IMG/VR virus record: IMGVR_UViG_3300045119_000148
Span: 1-46,788 of that record
Source: a virus
Lineage: Duplodnaviria; Caudoviricetes
Strand: one strand, 5' to 3'
Length of the DNA stretch: 46,788 bases
How positions within the stretch are numbered: the first letter of the stretch is position 1; each line of letters opens with the position of its first letter. The position numbers were made by a program, and so were the translations under genes. Positions 19,829-30,137 of this stretch are shown here, one piece after another. Below the pieces are notes generated by a model. It worked only from the letters and a program-made list of their open reading frames with translations, was not told the origin of the DNA and searched no databases.

Positions 19829-22678
19829 CTACGCCCCCGACGGATGCGGCTGGTAGTTGCTGCTCCCAGTCGGCTCGACGCTGGTCCCAACACCACCGGA
19901 GCCACCCGGTCCGCCGTACCACGTGTTCGGGTTGATGCCCGGAGGCGGCGCGGTGTTCTCTCCCGGCAAACCAGTCGCAGTCGGCATCGGTAGCGGCGGT
20001 GGCGGCTTGGGCGGTGCCGGTGGCGCTGGCGGCTTGGGCACAGCAGCCGTGGACGGACCGGGGACACCGGGGCCGAGTTGACCGGGCGCCTTCGGGATTG
20101 GTGCGACGTACGGCGTCGGGGTCTGCGGCATCCCGATACCCGGCGTCTGCCCGAGTGCGCCCATCCAGTCGGGCGCGAATGGGTTGACCGAACCGGGCAC
20201 CCCGGTCTGTGGCTGGAACATCTGCGGCATCCCCGGCACCTTGATGCTGGAGAGGGAGATGGACGGGTTGAGGACGTTGGCCTTCTGCTGGTCGAGGTTC
20301 GCCTTCGCGTTGGGGTCACCCGGAGTGTTGACGCCGTAGAGCAGGTTCAGGCCCAGCCTCTGCATGTTGCCGTTCTGCAGCCGCAGGTTGGCCTCGTCGA
20401 TGCCCTGCATCATCGACAGGCGGCGGTCGAACTCAGCCTGTCCGACGGACGATGGGGTGATGCCCGACCGCGCCAACTGGCTCTGCAGCACCTGCGTCTG
20501 CGGGTTGTACTGGTTGTCCTGCGCGTAGGTGGTGGCCATGACGTTGTCGGACGTGCCCGACTTGTACAGGTCCACCCGTGTGTGGAGTTGGTTGAGGTCA
20601 CGCAGGGCAGCGGCACGGTTCGGGTCGTTCCACGGCATGGCGGCGATGGACTGCTGGAAGGTCGTGACGTACTGGTCGGCCAGCCGCTGGGCGTTGGGGT
20701 CCTGCTTGTGGAACAGCGCACCCACGGCCAGTGAGGTCTGGGTCGCACCGGATGTGCCGTACGTCCCCATCGGGAAGTTGCCCGACGCCAGCGGGCGGCG
20801 GGCACCGGCAACGCCCGTCACGATGCCCGCGATGTCGGCGGTCGCCAGCGGCTTGCCGGTGCTGTCGGAGCCCACCGTGGTGGGAACGATGACCTGACCG
20901 GCAGTGTTCTTGGGGGTGGTGGCCGACACCGGCGGCTGCTCGTGGAACATGAACGGGTCATTGGCGCTGCCGTCGCCGGTTCGGTACAGCGTGCGACCAA
21001 CGCCGTCGGGACCCTTCACGCCGTGGATTTCCACCCACGGGGCATTGGTCGGGACACCCGGTCCATTGGTGAGGTGAACCTGCCCGGTCTGCTGCGGGTC
21101 AATCTTGTTGCCGTTGGCATCGACCAGCGCAAGTTGGGCCGGGATGGGTGTGACGTACATGGTGGGGACAACGGTGTGCGGGCCCGGCGTGCCGTCAGGA
21201 CCGGGCACCGACTGCGAGCCGTCGGTGAACATCGACGTGCCGGGGATGGCGACAGCACCCGGTGGGGTCGGCTCCTTCGGGCTGTGGATGTGGTAGTTGA
21301 AGAGGGGGTCGCCGTTGCCGTCGAGCGCAATCACGCCGTTCGCGTCCACGATGGGGTCGGTGGACATCCAGCCGCCCTGCGTCAGGTTGCCTGCGTCGGA
21401 GTTCATGCCGTTGAGCAGGTTCTGCAGGAAGCCGCTCGGGTTGCCGGGGGACAGACCCGCCGCCGCGTCGAAGATGGTGTAGTCGTCACCGGGCACCTTG
21501 CCCTGCGCTCCGGGTGCGGCCTGTGCGGTCCGCGCACCGGGTGCCGCGATGGGCTTGGTGGGGTCGCTCAGCGCCTGATTGACCTGACCGAGGGTGGCGA
21601 TAAACGCGCTCGCCGTCTTCACATCCACCGTCGAGAGCGTCAGCGGCCCGCCCTTGGTGACCGTGATGTTCTTCGCCTCGGCGACCAACTTGTCGTGGTA
21701 GGTCTGGGTCGCGTTCCTCGCGCAGAACGGGTCGCCGTTGCAGTCACTCAGGTCCTTCATGTAGTTGTTCGTCGCAATCTGGACGCGCTCGTTCGCGTCG
21801 GCCTGCCGGATGCGGGCACCGGCGTAACTCTGGTCGCCCGCCCGCTTGGTCCAGCCCTTGCGCTCGGTGTCGGAGGTGGACTTGCCGACCAGCGTGGCCA
21901 GCCCGGAGTCGCCGCGTGAGAGCAAGTCGGTCAGGTTCTGGCGGCTGTACGTCCAGTTCGGGTTGGTCTTCTTGATGTTGGCGTTCATCGCGTCGATGGC
22001 ACCCTGCACCGCAGGGTTGCCCTCGGCCTTGCCGTTGTCGAGGACATCGAGGAACTTGGCGTAGCCCGCACTGTTCTCGTCGATGTCGTCGAGGTTGTTG
22101 CCGGTCTGCGGCATGGCCCCGTACAACTTGGCGATGACCACCAAATCCTGTGTCGCCTCCTCGGCTCCCTGCACGTGGCCCTTGTAGAAGCCGTTGACCC
22201 AGTTGGCGTGCGCGGCAGCCGCGCTCCGCGCTCCACCCGCCGCCCGCTTGGCCGTGGCCGATGCGTTCCACTTGGCCGCACGGTCGAGCAGCGAGCGGTA
22301 GAACTCACTGTCCTGCTGCACGTCGGGGCGGGCTGCCCAGTTCTTGTAGAACTGGGCCATCTGGGCGTCACTGACCTTCTTCTGGTCGTTCTTCAGCACC
22401 ATCTTCGACTCGTTGATGCTGAAGTCGTACTGGATGTAGTTGTTGTTCCACTGGTCCCAGTTGGGGTCGGTGGGGTCAAGTTGGTCCCGCCGCATCTTCA
22501 TGTGGTCGAGCAGGCGCGAGTCGGTCACGCCCTTGCCATCGACCTTCCCGCCGTTCTTCCACGCATCGACGAAGTTCTGGTCTTCCTGCGCGTTGGCCTC
22601 ACGGACCAGCGCGACGATGGTGTTGGTCAGGTCTGGTGCTGCCTTCGGGATACGCCCGAAGGTCCCACTGCGGGCCAC
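19829..22678 (-). CDS. 949-aa putative internal virion/ejection protein
   Basis: Lies between the portal and the giant protein, with a helical N-terminus and Pro-rich C-terminus. Function inferred from position only. Confidence 0.5.
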   Translation of the reverse strand: MARSGTFGRIPKAAPDLTNTIVALVREANAQEDQNFVDAWKNGGKVDGKGVTDSRLLDHMKMRRDQLDPTDPNWDQWNNNYIQYDFSINESKMVLKNDQKKVSDAQMAQFYKNWAARPDVQQDSEFYRSLLDRAAKWNASATAKRAAGGARSAAAAHANWVNGFYKGHVQGAEEATQDLVVIAKLYGAMPQTGNNLDDIDENSAGYAKFLDVLDNGKAEGNPAVQGAIDAMNANIKKTNPNWTYSRQNLTDLLSRGDSGLATLVGKSTSDTERKGWTKRAGDQSYAGARIRQADANERVQIATNNYMKDLSDCNGDPFCARNATQTYHDKLVAEAKNITVTKGGPLTLSTVDVKTASAFIATLGQVNQALSDPTKPIAAPGARTAQAAPGAQGKVPGDDYTIFDAAAGLSPGNPSGFLQNLLNGMNSDAGNLTQGGWMSTDPIVDANGVIALDGNGDPLFNYHIHSPKEPTPPGAVAIPGTSMFTDGSQSVPGPDGTPGPHTVVPTMYVTPIPAQLALVDANGNKIDPQQTGQVHLTNGPGVPTNAPWVEIHGVKGPDGVGRTLYRTGDGSANDPFMFHEQPPVSATTPKNTAGQVIVPTTVGSDSTGKPLATADIAGIVTGVAGARRPLASGNFPMGTYGTSGATQTSLAVGALFHKQDPNAQRLADQYVTTFQQSIAAMPWNDPNRAAALRDLNQLHTRVDLYKSGTSDNVMATTYAQDNQYNPQTQVLQSQLARSGITPSSVGQAEFDRRLSMMQGIDEANLRLQNGNMQRLGLNLLYGVNTPGDPNAKANLDQQKANVLNPSISLSSIKVPGMPQMFQPQTGVPGSVNPFAPDWMGALGQTPGIGMPQTPTPYVAPIPKAPGQLGPGVPGPSTAAVPKPPAPPAPPKPPPPLPMPTATGLPGENTAPPPGINPNTWYGGPGGSGGVGTSVEPTGSSNYQPHPSGA

Positions 22679-22681
22679 GGA

Positions 22682-24760
22682 TTACCGCCCTGTCTTCTGT
22701 ATCTGGCTCTGGCTCACGATGCGCGGCTTGCTCTGCCCGCCTTGGATGCGGACCTGACTGAGCATCTGGCTCGGCACCGGCGGTCCACCGGGGGCACCGG
22801 GCGCATTCGGCGCGGGGGTCTCGCCCGGTGCGCCCGGTGGCGGTGGGGCAGCACCCGGCCCACCCATGCCCTCGGGACCAGCGGCACCCATAGCCGCTCC
22901 CTCGGGGGTGTTACCGGGCTGCTGCTCAGGTGGTGTGTTGGGCGACTCGCCGGGGCCGTTGCCCGATGGCGTGCCCTGCGCCCCGCCCTGTCCCCGAAGC
23001 GCGGCCATGTTCGCGGCCATGCCCTGCTCGGCTTCCTGCCCCTGCTGCTGCAGACCCTGCGGCTGCTGCTGCTGCAACTGCTGCATCATCGCCATGAGGC
23101 TGACCATGACCTGAACGCTGGCCGGATTGAGGGTCGCGTCGGTCTGCTCCTCGCGGATGACATCCTGCTCGGCCTCGGGGTCGTCCACGCCGGTGCGGTC
23201 CATCGCCCGCTTGGCCGACCACAACTTGCCTTCCTTCATGTTCAGCGCGATGGTGGACATCTCGGCGTCGTCGCGTGGGGTCAACGACGGGGACTCGATG
23301 TACAACTTCGTCGTGCCTTCGAGCATCGGCTTCAGTTCGGGCATCTTCTCGATGAACATGGTCCGGGCGATTTCCCAGTTGTCCTGCCGCCACTGGTAGT
23401 ACATGTCACGCGGCATGGTCATCCGGGTCTCGTAGTTGCTGACCAGCGCAGCCACGGCCTTGCCCGAACTCATCACCTGCGTCGGGGCCATGCCGCGCAT
23501 CAGGTCGTTGAGCCCACTGACATCGACCAGTTCGCGGTCAACGCGAGACATGTACTGCTCGATTTGGAACTCGGGCATCCACGGCTGGAGTGCCTCGACC
23601 CTATTGCCCCCACCGGGCGCGATGATTTGGTTCGGGGTGGGATGGAGGTTGGGGTCAACCTCGGAGGGCGCTTCGGCTCCGGTCAACTGCCACATCTGCC
23701 CAGCGATGGCCCGGTGAATCATCTGCGCGTTCTCGGACAGCCTCTCGTCCTTCTCGCGCATCAACTGCTCGATGTCCCAGAAGTTCGACTTCCCGTTGGG
23801 CAGGCCGGGGATGAACGAGTTGAACAGTGGGACGTACGGCAGTTTGCCCCGGTACTCCTTGTGGACCTCGTTCTTGACCATGCAGTTGCCGACGAAGATG
23901 GCGTTCCACGTCTCGAACTTGACCGGCTTGCCGTACTCCCAGCGGGCATCGGCGCGGGGCTTGCGGTACCAGTAGTCGCTGACCTCGATGCGCAGGTCGG
24001 TGGACGGCGTCCAGTTGGCGAGCGGATACGGGTCGTACGGGCCGAGACCGGTGATGCTGTCCACCATCCCGAGGCGCTGGGGATAGGCGACGTACGGGTA
24101 GGACTCACCATCGGCGGTCATGCCATGCTCGATGGTGACGCCCCAGTCCTCCAGTGCTTGGTCGGGTGTGACCAAGTACGAGTAGCACGCCCAGTCCAAG
24201 CGGTTGTACTGGGTCGATGACCAGCCCAGATACAGGTTCCGAGGCTGGTCCACCACCTCGAACTTGGGCATCTTCTCGTCGTTGTCCCACGTGATTTTCG
24301 AGGCGGTCCGGCCATACAGACCCTTGGTCACACATGCCCGGTGGCAGAGCATCTCGTAGAAGTTCTGGTCCTTCCACGCCCAGTACAGGCGCTCGACCAG
24401 TTGCGCCGTCGTCCGGCCCGCGTCGGTCTGCGCGGTGGGGACAACGTTCTCGATGGGCTGGAACGAGGTCAGGGCAGCGGGGATGTCCACGTACGGGGCG
24501 TAACCGTTGACACTGACGTGGGCCATGCCCGACCCCGGCTGTGCGGAGAAGTCGTTGCCCCAGTGGTCGGCCCCACCAGCGGTGAAGACCTGCGGGTAGT
24601 AGAGGTTGTCCCAGCGGTCGCACAGTGTGGCGAACACGCGCTGCTCGGGCTCCGTGGCGAGCCGTCGGCCATGCAACACGTTGAGGAGATTGATGGCCTC
24701 TTCGTCGTTGCCCTGCTGTTCGGCGACTGCTGCGCCCTGATGTACGTCGAGAACGTACAA
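22682..24760 (-). CDS. Portal protein (P22/podovirus-like)
   Basis: Follows TerL. Motifs KLPYVPLFNSFIPGLPNGKSNFWDIEQL, ELVDVSGLNDLMRG and SGKAVAAL, plus a Q/P/G-rich tail. TTG start. Confidence 0.85.
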   Translation of the reverse strand: MYVLDVHQGAAVAEQQGNDEEAINLLNVLHGRRLATEPEQRVFATLCDRWDNLYYPQVFTAGGADHWGNDFSAQPGSGMAHVSVNGYAPYVDIPAALTSFQPIENVVPTAQTDAGRTTAQLVERLYWAWKDQNFYEMLCHRACVTKGLYGRTASKITWDNDEKMPKFEVVDQPRNLYLGWSSTQYNRLDWACYSYLVTPDQALEDWGVTIEHGMTADGESYPYVAYPQRLGMVDSITGLGPYDPYPLANWTPSTDLRIEVSDYWYRKPRADARWEYGKPVKFETWNAIFVGNCMVKNEVHKEYRGKLPYVPLFNSFIPGLPNGKSNFWDIEQLMREKDERLSENAQMIHRAIAGQMWQLTGAEAPSEVDPNLHPTPNQIIAPGGGNRVEALQPWMPEFQIEQYMSRVDRELVDVSGLNDLMRGMAPTQVMSSGKAVAALVSNYETRMTMPRDMYYQWRQDNWEIARTMFIEKMPELKPMLEGTTKLYIESPSLTPRDDAEMSTIALNMKEGKLWSAKRAMDRTGVDDPEAEQDVIREEQTDATLNPASVQVMVSLMAMMQQLQQQQPQGLQQQGQEAEQGMAANMAALRGQGGAQGTPSGNGPGESPNTPPEQQPGNTPEGAAMGAAGPEGMGGPGAAPPPPGAPGETPAPNAPGAPGGPPVPSQMLSQVRIQGGQSKPRIVSQSQIQKTGR

Positions 24761-24763
24761 GAC

Positions 24764-26443
24764 CTACCCTCGGCGACGTTCCATGTCGGTGACGGAGGAG
24801 TAGGTGGCGACCCGAGACCCGAACGCTGCGGTGGGTGGCCCGCTACTGACACGGGACTGTACACCACGGGGCGAGGCTCCGAAGTAGTCGAACGGCGCAG
24901 AGCGCACCCCGTTGGCCGGGACGAACTTCACCATCGACCACGCGACAGCGAGGGCCATGACCGCGTCAGTCTGGAGTTTCTTGTCGTCCAGACGGTAGCC
25001 AAGGAGTTGCCGACGCAGGGTCAGCCACGGCCCCTCCCTCGGGAACTTCACCTTCGAGGTCTCCAGCGCCCGCTTCAGGTCGATGAGCAACTTCAGTTTC
25101 TTCCCCCGCGTACCACCGAACTCGACGCTGCGGATGGGGATGGGCAAGGAGTCGCGGAACAGCGCCCCGCCGAACCCAGTGGTGTCTACGCCCGTCATGC
25201 ATGACACGCCCTTCCCTGTGTAGGCCATGTGCTGGTTGGTGACGAGTGCGGCGATGACGGGTCCCGTGGTCCGACCGGTCTGGTGCTGCGCGTTGACCCC
25301 GAAGACGTGGTCGTGGTTGGTGACATCGAGGACGATGGACCACGTGGAGTCGAAGGTGAGCGCCGGGTCCACGCCCTGCACGTAGCGATGTGAGGGCAAC
25401 GCCGCGATGGCCAGTGGGTAGCCCTCGATGAACGCTGCGTCCACCGCGCTCTGGGCGAAGAACGAACTCTTCCCTTCGAGGAACTCGCCGTCGATGTTCT
25501 GTGGGACCAACTCGACCGGCATCTGTGACACCAGTCTGTCAAAGACGGCTTCATCAATGCCAAAGCCCACGTTCTGGCGGGTAGACATCCGAAGGGACAT
25601 CTTGTCCTGCTTGCGGTCAGGTGCGGTGGGGTCGCCTTCGTACCACGCATCGGCGAATGCGGTGAGACCTTCGGTCGCGGTGCCCACCAACCAGAGTTGT
25701 CCACCGGTACTCAACCGTCGCATGTGGAGAACTTCGTTGACGACGAACTCGAAGTTGGGGTCGAACCCGCATTCGTCGTACGAGATGCCGTTCATGTCCT
25801 TGCCCAGCGAGCCGATGGCCTTCTCGCCGGTGGTCCGGTAGTGGATGGTCCCACCGCCGAAGACGGGATGTATCTGCGCCCACAGGTACTCGGAGCGGTA
25901 CTTCTTGTCCATCTCGACCACCTGTGGGCCCAACTCTTGGGTCAGCGGGCAGCCGTTCTTCTGCGCTTCGTGGTTGCCTTGGAGCAGACGGCGCAACTCG
26001 ATGTACGCCAACTCCGAGGTCTCCTGCGCGATGGCCAAGTGGTACCACTCGTAGGCTTGGGCGGTCCATTTCGCCAGCGATGAGCGGGAAGACAGCCTCG
26101 GTGGGGGCAATCCCAACTTGTAGAACGTCGAATGGAAGTGACAAATCGTCTCGATGAGGGTTTTGCCCGCACGATTACCCGCCGCGAGGGCGATGTCGAA
26201 GTAACGGGGTCGCCATCCGGTCAGGTCGCGCATCAGGACGGCGTGAGCGAACTCAATCTGCCCCGGATGGAGGGTCACGCCTAAGAAACGGGCGGCGAAG
26301 AACTCGATGTCCCACCGACCACGGGCAATATCGTGCGCGAACGCCCCCGACACGAGGGCGGTGGGGTCAAACGCCGCCTCTTTGCTGGCATCTGCCCGCT
26401 GACGGGACCCGTGCTTGCTCTCTGGGGTCCTCGGTGGGGGCAT
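24764..26443 (-). CDS. terL: Terminase large subunit
   Basis: Walker A-like AAGNRAGKT, Walker B ISYDE, and nuclease motifs QGVDPA and TDAVMALA. Confidence 0.92.
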   Translation of the reverse strand: MPPPRTPESKHGSRQRADASKEAAFDPTALVSGAFAHDIARGRWDIEFFAARFLGVTLHPGQIEFAHAVLMRDLTGWRPRYFDIALAAGNRAGKTLIETICHFHSTFYKLGLPPPRLSSRSSLAKWTAQAYEWYHLAIAQETSELAYIELRRLLQGNHEAQKNGCPLTQELGPQVVEMDKKYRSEYLWAQIHPVFGGGTIHYRTTGEKAIGSLGKDMNGISYDECGFDPNFEFVVNEVLHMRRLSTGGQLWLVGTATEGLTAFADAWYEGDPTAPDRKQDKMSLRMSTRQNVGFGIDEAVFDRLVSQMPVELVPQNIDGEFLEGKSSFFAQSAVDAAFIEGYPLAIAALPSHRYVQGVDPALTFDSTWSIVLDVTNHDHVFGVNAQHQTGRTTGPVIAALVTNQHMAYTGKGVSCMTGVDTTGFGGALFRDSLPIPIRSVEFGGTRGKKLKLLIDLKRALETSKVKFPREGPWLTLRRQLLGYRLDDKKLQTDAVMALAVAWSMVKFVPANGVRSAPFDYFGASPRGVQSRVSSGPPTAAFGSRVATYSSVTDMERRRG

Positions 26444-26973
26444 CAGCCCTGTCGCAGGTGGTCAGGAGCGAGGTTCTCCTCGCTGTAGGAGCCCTCGATG
26501 ATGTCCGGGTCCTCGTCGCGGGGGTTCGGCAGGTACTTGATGGGCGTTCGGGACCCGCCACCGGCCAGCGCAGCCGCCAAGTTGAGCATGAAACTCCTGT
26601 CAGCGGCCTTCTCGGCGCGTCGGTCGAGCAGTTGCTGGGCCGTGAGGCCATCGCGCAGGGTCGGGACCACCTTGCCAGCAGCCATCCGACGCATCGTCTG
26701 GCGGACCACGGTGGCGGCAAGGTCGTCGGTGTCGGCGATGACATCCTCGGGGATGACATCGGGTGCGGTCGCGGGGTCGGCGACGATGATGGGGTCACCC
26801 CGGAGGATGGCGTTCTTGTCGTTGGCCCACTGACGACGGGCTGCGCCCTCGGCTGTGGCAATCCGGGGTCGCCCGCGCCGACGGGAGGGCAGCGGCGCGG
26901 GCTTGACCACGGCGGACACTACCTTTGGAGCGACGGGCAGGTCGTCCTCGCCTATCTCGATGAACTCGACCAC
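26443..26973 (-). CDS. Putative terminase small subunit
   Basis: Directly upstream of and overlapping terL; contains RRRGRPR (AT-hook-like). Confidence 0.5.
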   Translation of the reverse strand: MVEFIEIGEDDLPVAPKVVSAVVKPAPLPSRRRGRPRIATAEGAARRQWANDKNAILRGDPIIVADPATAPDVIPEDVIADTDDLAATVVRQTMRRMAAGKVVPTLRDGLTAQQLLDRRAEKAADRSFMLNLAAALAGGGSRTPIKYLPNPRDEDPDIIEGSYSEENLAPDHLRQG

Positions 26974-27113
26974 GCCCCGCAGGGTACACGAACGCCCCGA
27001 CTGCCTTCGCAGGAAGCCGGGGCGTTCGTTGCTTTCCCCATCCCTAGGGAACGCTTTGAGAGTAGTGCGAGCCCCCCTCGGTCCGCAACTACCCTCGCTT
27101 CATTCGGCTCCGC

Positions 27114-27659
27114 TCAGAAGGGGAGGTCCGCGTCGGGGTCCTCGGCAGCGGCGACGGGTGCCGCCGAAGCCTTCCTCGGGCTCACAACCTCCGGGGCGCT
27201 AGCGGGACTCGCCGTCGGAGCCTCGCCCGCAGCGGCCCGATTGGTCGGGCGAGTGGGAGTGGCGGAGACGGGGGTCGGCGTGGCCCCGATGACCTTGGCA
27301 TAGCCCGAGTCATTGAGGTCCGTCTGGATGAGGCAGGTCTTGCCGATGAGGTCGTTCATGGTGAACGTCGCACCGGGCTGGACCGCCGATGGCCCAAGGA
27401 GGGCGACCAAGAAGGCCGCAGTCTTGGACTTGGGACCGGTCATCTGGGACGACAGGCCCGAGACGCTGATGGGGTCGCCGGGGCTACCATCGTCGTTCAC
27501 GGTGGGGACGGCGAACGTCCACTCGAACACGTCGCGGGACTCGCCCTTCACCTCGATGGTGCGCTCCACGACGGAGGTCAGCGAGGCGGGGTAGTTGCCG
27601 GGTGGCAACTGGTCGTCGGGAACGCCCGAACCGACCGTGATGGTGAGGGGTGTAGCCAT
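27114..27659 (-). CDS. Single-stranded DNA-binding-like protein (181 aa; true start at 27659)
   Basis: RBS CAGGAG. Contains LPPGNYPASL..FEWTF..DLIGKTCLI and an acidic C-terminus DPDADLPF typical of SSBs. Confidence 0.65.
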   Translation of the reverse strand: MATPLTITVGSGVPDDQLPPGNYPASLTSVVERTIEVKGESRDVFEWTFAVPTVNDDGSPGDPISVSGLSSQMTGPKSKTAAFLVALLGPSAVQPGATFTMNDLIGKTCLIQTDLNDSGYAKVIGATPTPVSATPTRPTNRAAAGEAPTASPASAPEVVSPRKASAAPVAAAEDPDADLPF

Positions 27660-27881
27660 CGTGGCTGTCTCCTGCTGGTGCGCTTCGTGCGGGTGGCTCA
27701 GTGCCGTTCGCTCCTGCGCATGAGAAACATAACACAAAACCCCTGTCAAGTGCGTGCCGGGGGGCCACGCACCATCAAGGGGTTCTGTGTCTTCTTTGCA
27801 CCTACCCGGAGGCGCAGACACAGCATACAACACTGGAGTATAGTCAACCCCTTCTTTGCGACGACCACCTAGGAGCAGCGC
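27660..27881. promoter_or_regulatory. Divergent promoter region between the late arm and the replication gene
   Basis: AT-richer intergenic region. Minus strand has TTGACA..TATGTT and TTGACT..TATGCT; plus strand has TATAGT. The spacers are non-canonical. Confidence 0.45.
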
Positions 27882-29744
27882 ATGGCCCCCGTCCCTGACA
27901 CGCACCCCGACTCCCTGACGACCGCACTGGCGCTTGCCGAGTTCGGGTTCGGGGTCTTCTCGGTCTGGGGCATCAAGGACGGGATATGTCGCTGCCCCAA
28001 GGGCGCGAAGTGCGACCAGAAGCCGGGCAAGCACCCCATCCCGCCCAACGGCTTCAAGGCCGCGAGCCTCGACCCCGACCGCATCAGGGCGATGCTGCGA
28101 GCGGCGGGCAGTGCGGGCAACTACGGGGTCTGCCCCGCCGAGAACACCATCATCATCGACGTGGACGGGGAGGGCTGGCGAGAGAAGTTGGCCACCCTCG
28201 GGCTGCCCAAGACCCTCGCCGTCCTGACGGGCAACGGCATCCACCTGTACTTCTACTGGCCCGCCAAGTACGGCCCCGCCCCGACCCACCTGTTCGGCTG
28301 GAAGGTGCGCTCCATCGCCCACATGGGCTACACGCTTGGGCCGGGTTCACTCCACGAGAGCGGGGTGTACTACCGGTTCGCCCACCAGAACGGACACACC
28401 AACGAGGAGATGGTCGCCACCATCAAGCCCTTCCCCGCTGAGTTGGTCCCACAGGAGAAGCCCAAGGCCAACGGACTGGTCGGCAGCGTTGCGTCCATCA
28501 CCGTCGGTGGCGCAGTCGAGCCCGAGACCATCATGGAGGGCGGGCGCTACGACTACCTGCGCGATAGGGCGCGTCCCCTGTGGGGCATCGGCCTGTCGGG
28601 CGAGGCTCTGTTCAACGCGGTCGATGCGTTCAACCAGCGGTTTCCCGTGCCCCACGACCGGGCCACGGTCGAGCGAGCGATTGACGAGTCGCGGCTGAAC
28701 AGGAACTTCCAGCGCGATGCTCCCACGTACGTCCCACCGGCGGTCATCCCACCGGGGCTGTTCACCAGACAGCCCGACTACCACAAGCAGAACGCCGCCG
28801 TGCCCACGTACGTCTCACCGCTGGTGGCGTACGGGACGGTGACGCTCATCTCGGGTCCGCCCAAGGGCGGGAAGTCCACGCTCATCTCGAACCTGTTGGC
28901 CGCACGCCAGAACGGGACCGTGTTCCTGTGGGGCGACCCTGTCCCGCAAGGCCCGATGGCGCTCGTCACCGAAGAGGGCGGCTACCCCGTGGTGCGCAAG
29001 ACGCAGGGTCTGGCGGGACTCGACATCTTGGACAGGATGGCGTTCGTCGTGGCTGGCTTGAAGAGCCTCGACCACCTGCTGGCTGCGCTCGACGCATGGG
29101 TCGCCACGCAGGAGGGACCCGCACTGGTGGTCATCGACACCCTCGCGGTGTGGGGCGACATCAAGGACGAGAACGATGCGACGGCTGCGACCAACGCCAT
29201 CACCGCCCTGCGTGTCTGGGCGCAGCACACGGGCAGCGCGGTCGTCCTCGTTCACCACACACGCAAGGGTGGCGGTGACCACGGTGAGGCCATCCGTGGG
29301 TCGGGTGGCATCTTCGCTGCCGTTGACCAGAGCGTCGAGTTGGCCTTCACCAACGACAAACAGAGCGACGACCGTGGGCTGGACATCGCCGGGCGGCTGA
29401 CGTTCGGTGAGACCAAGACCCTCGCCTTCGATAGGCCGACCATGACCTACAGCGTGACGACCCGCGTCCTCGTCGAGAAGTACCCGACCGACAAGTTCCC
29501 CGTCGATGGGTCGAGCCAGATGGGCTGTACCAACGTCGAGGCAGGTGGCGTCTGGGGCATGAGCCCCGCCAGCGCCAACAAGCACCTGAAGGAACTGACC
29601 GACAGCGGTGTGCTGGTCGCCCGCTTCGAGCAGTCACCCGGCTCGCGGGCCAAGCACTTGGTCTACGTCCGGGCACGTCCACTGTTGGACTTGGACAACC
29701 GTTCGGTGGGGGAGCAGATGGCCGACATCTTTGCCAAGGACTGA
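27882..29744 (+). CDS. Bifunctional primase-polymerase fused to a RecA-like (AAA_25) helicase with C-terminal HTH
   Basis: Prim-Pol motifs CRC..C..PGKHP, IIIDVD and TGNGIHLYF. Helicase motifs GPPKGGKST, VVIDT, LVHHTRK and IRGSGG. Confidence 0.9.
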   Translation: MAPVPDTHPDSLTTALALAEFGFGVFSVWGIKDGICRCPKGAKCDQKPGKHPIPPNGFKAASLDPDRIRAMLRAAGSAGNYGVCPAENTIIIDVDGEGWREKLATLGLPKTLAVLTGNGIHLYFYWPAKYGPAPTHLFGWKVRSIAHMGYTLGPGSLHESGVYYRFAHQNGHTNEEMVATIKPFPAELVPQEKPKANGLVGSVASITVGGAVEPETIMEGGRYDYLRDRARPLWGIGLSGEALFNAVDAFNQRFPVPHDRATVERAIDESRLNRNFQRDAPTYVPPAVIPPGLFTRQPDYHKQNAAVPTYVSPLVAYGTVTLISGPPKGGKSTLISNLLAARQNGTVFLWGDPVPQGPMALVTEEGGYPVVRKTQGLAGLDILDRMAFVVAGLKSLDHLLAALDAWVATQEGPALVVIDTLAVWGDIKDENDATAATNAITALRVWAQHTGSAVVLVHHTRKGGGDHGEAIRGSGGIFAAVDQSVELAFTNDKQSDDRGLDIAGRLTFGETKTLAFDRPTMTYSVTTRVLVEKYPTDKFPVDGSSQMGCTNVEAGGVWGMSPASANKHLKELTDSGVLVARFEQSPGSRAKHLVYVRARPLLDLDNRSVGEQMADIFAKD

Positions 29745-29882
29745 CGCTGCGACGCTGCTCCCCCTAAAGGGGGACATCGCAGCGTCGCAGCGTCAGTGCG
29801 CTGCTCTGGGCCTTGGGAGGCCCAGAAGCAGCGACCTGTCCACGCTGCGCCAACGCAGCGTCAGCGTAGCGTCGTAGCGTCA
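29740..29882. repeat. Inverted repeat and GCAGCGTC iteron cluster; candidate replication origin
   Basis: Perfect 19-bp inverted repeat at 29740-29758 / 29779-29797 enclosing TCCCCC-TAAA-GGGGGA. Further (GC/GT)AGCGTC copies run to 29882. Confidence 0.6.
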
Positions 29883-29894
29883 AATAGGAGACCC

Positions 29895-30137
29895 ATGACC
29901 ATCCCGAAGGAACGAGAACTTCACACCGCCGTGGACACCAATGACGACGGGGACATCCGTCTGGTCGCGGAGTGCGATGACGAGATGACGATGCTTGTCA
30001 TCACCAACCCAGCCGCTCTCGGAAAGACCCCACAGGACTACATCGACTCGATGGACGAGTGGGGTCCGATGCTGCTGACCGACCACATGGCGCAGTGCAA
30101 GTCGTGCCAGACACACCTGAAGGTCCGCCGTGCGTGA
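29895..30137 (+). CDS. Hypothetical protein (80 aa)
   Basis: RBS TAGGAG; C-terminal H..CKSC motif. Confidence 0.65.
   Translation: MTIPKERELHTAVDTNDDGDIRLVAECDDEMTMLVITNPAALGKTPQDYIDSMDEWGPMLLTDHMAQCKSCQTHLKVRRA

Noticed and set aside
27114-28322. 402-aa ORF as listed in the track
   Set aside because: Its upstream half overlaps the primase gene in antisense. The RBS supports a start at 27659.
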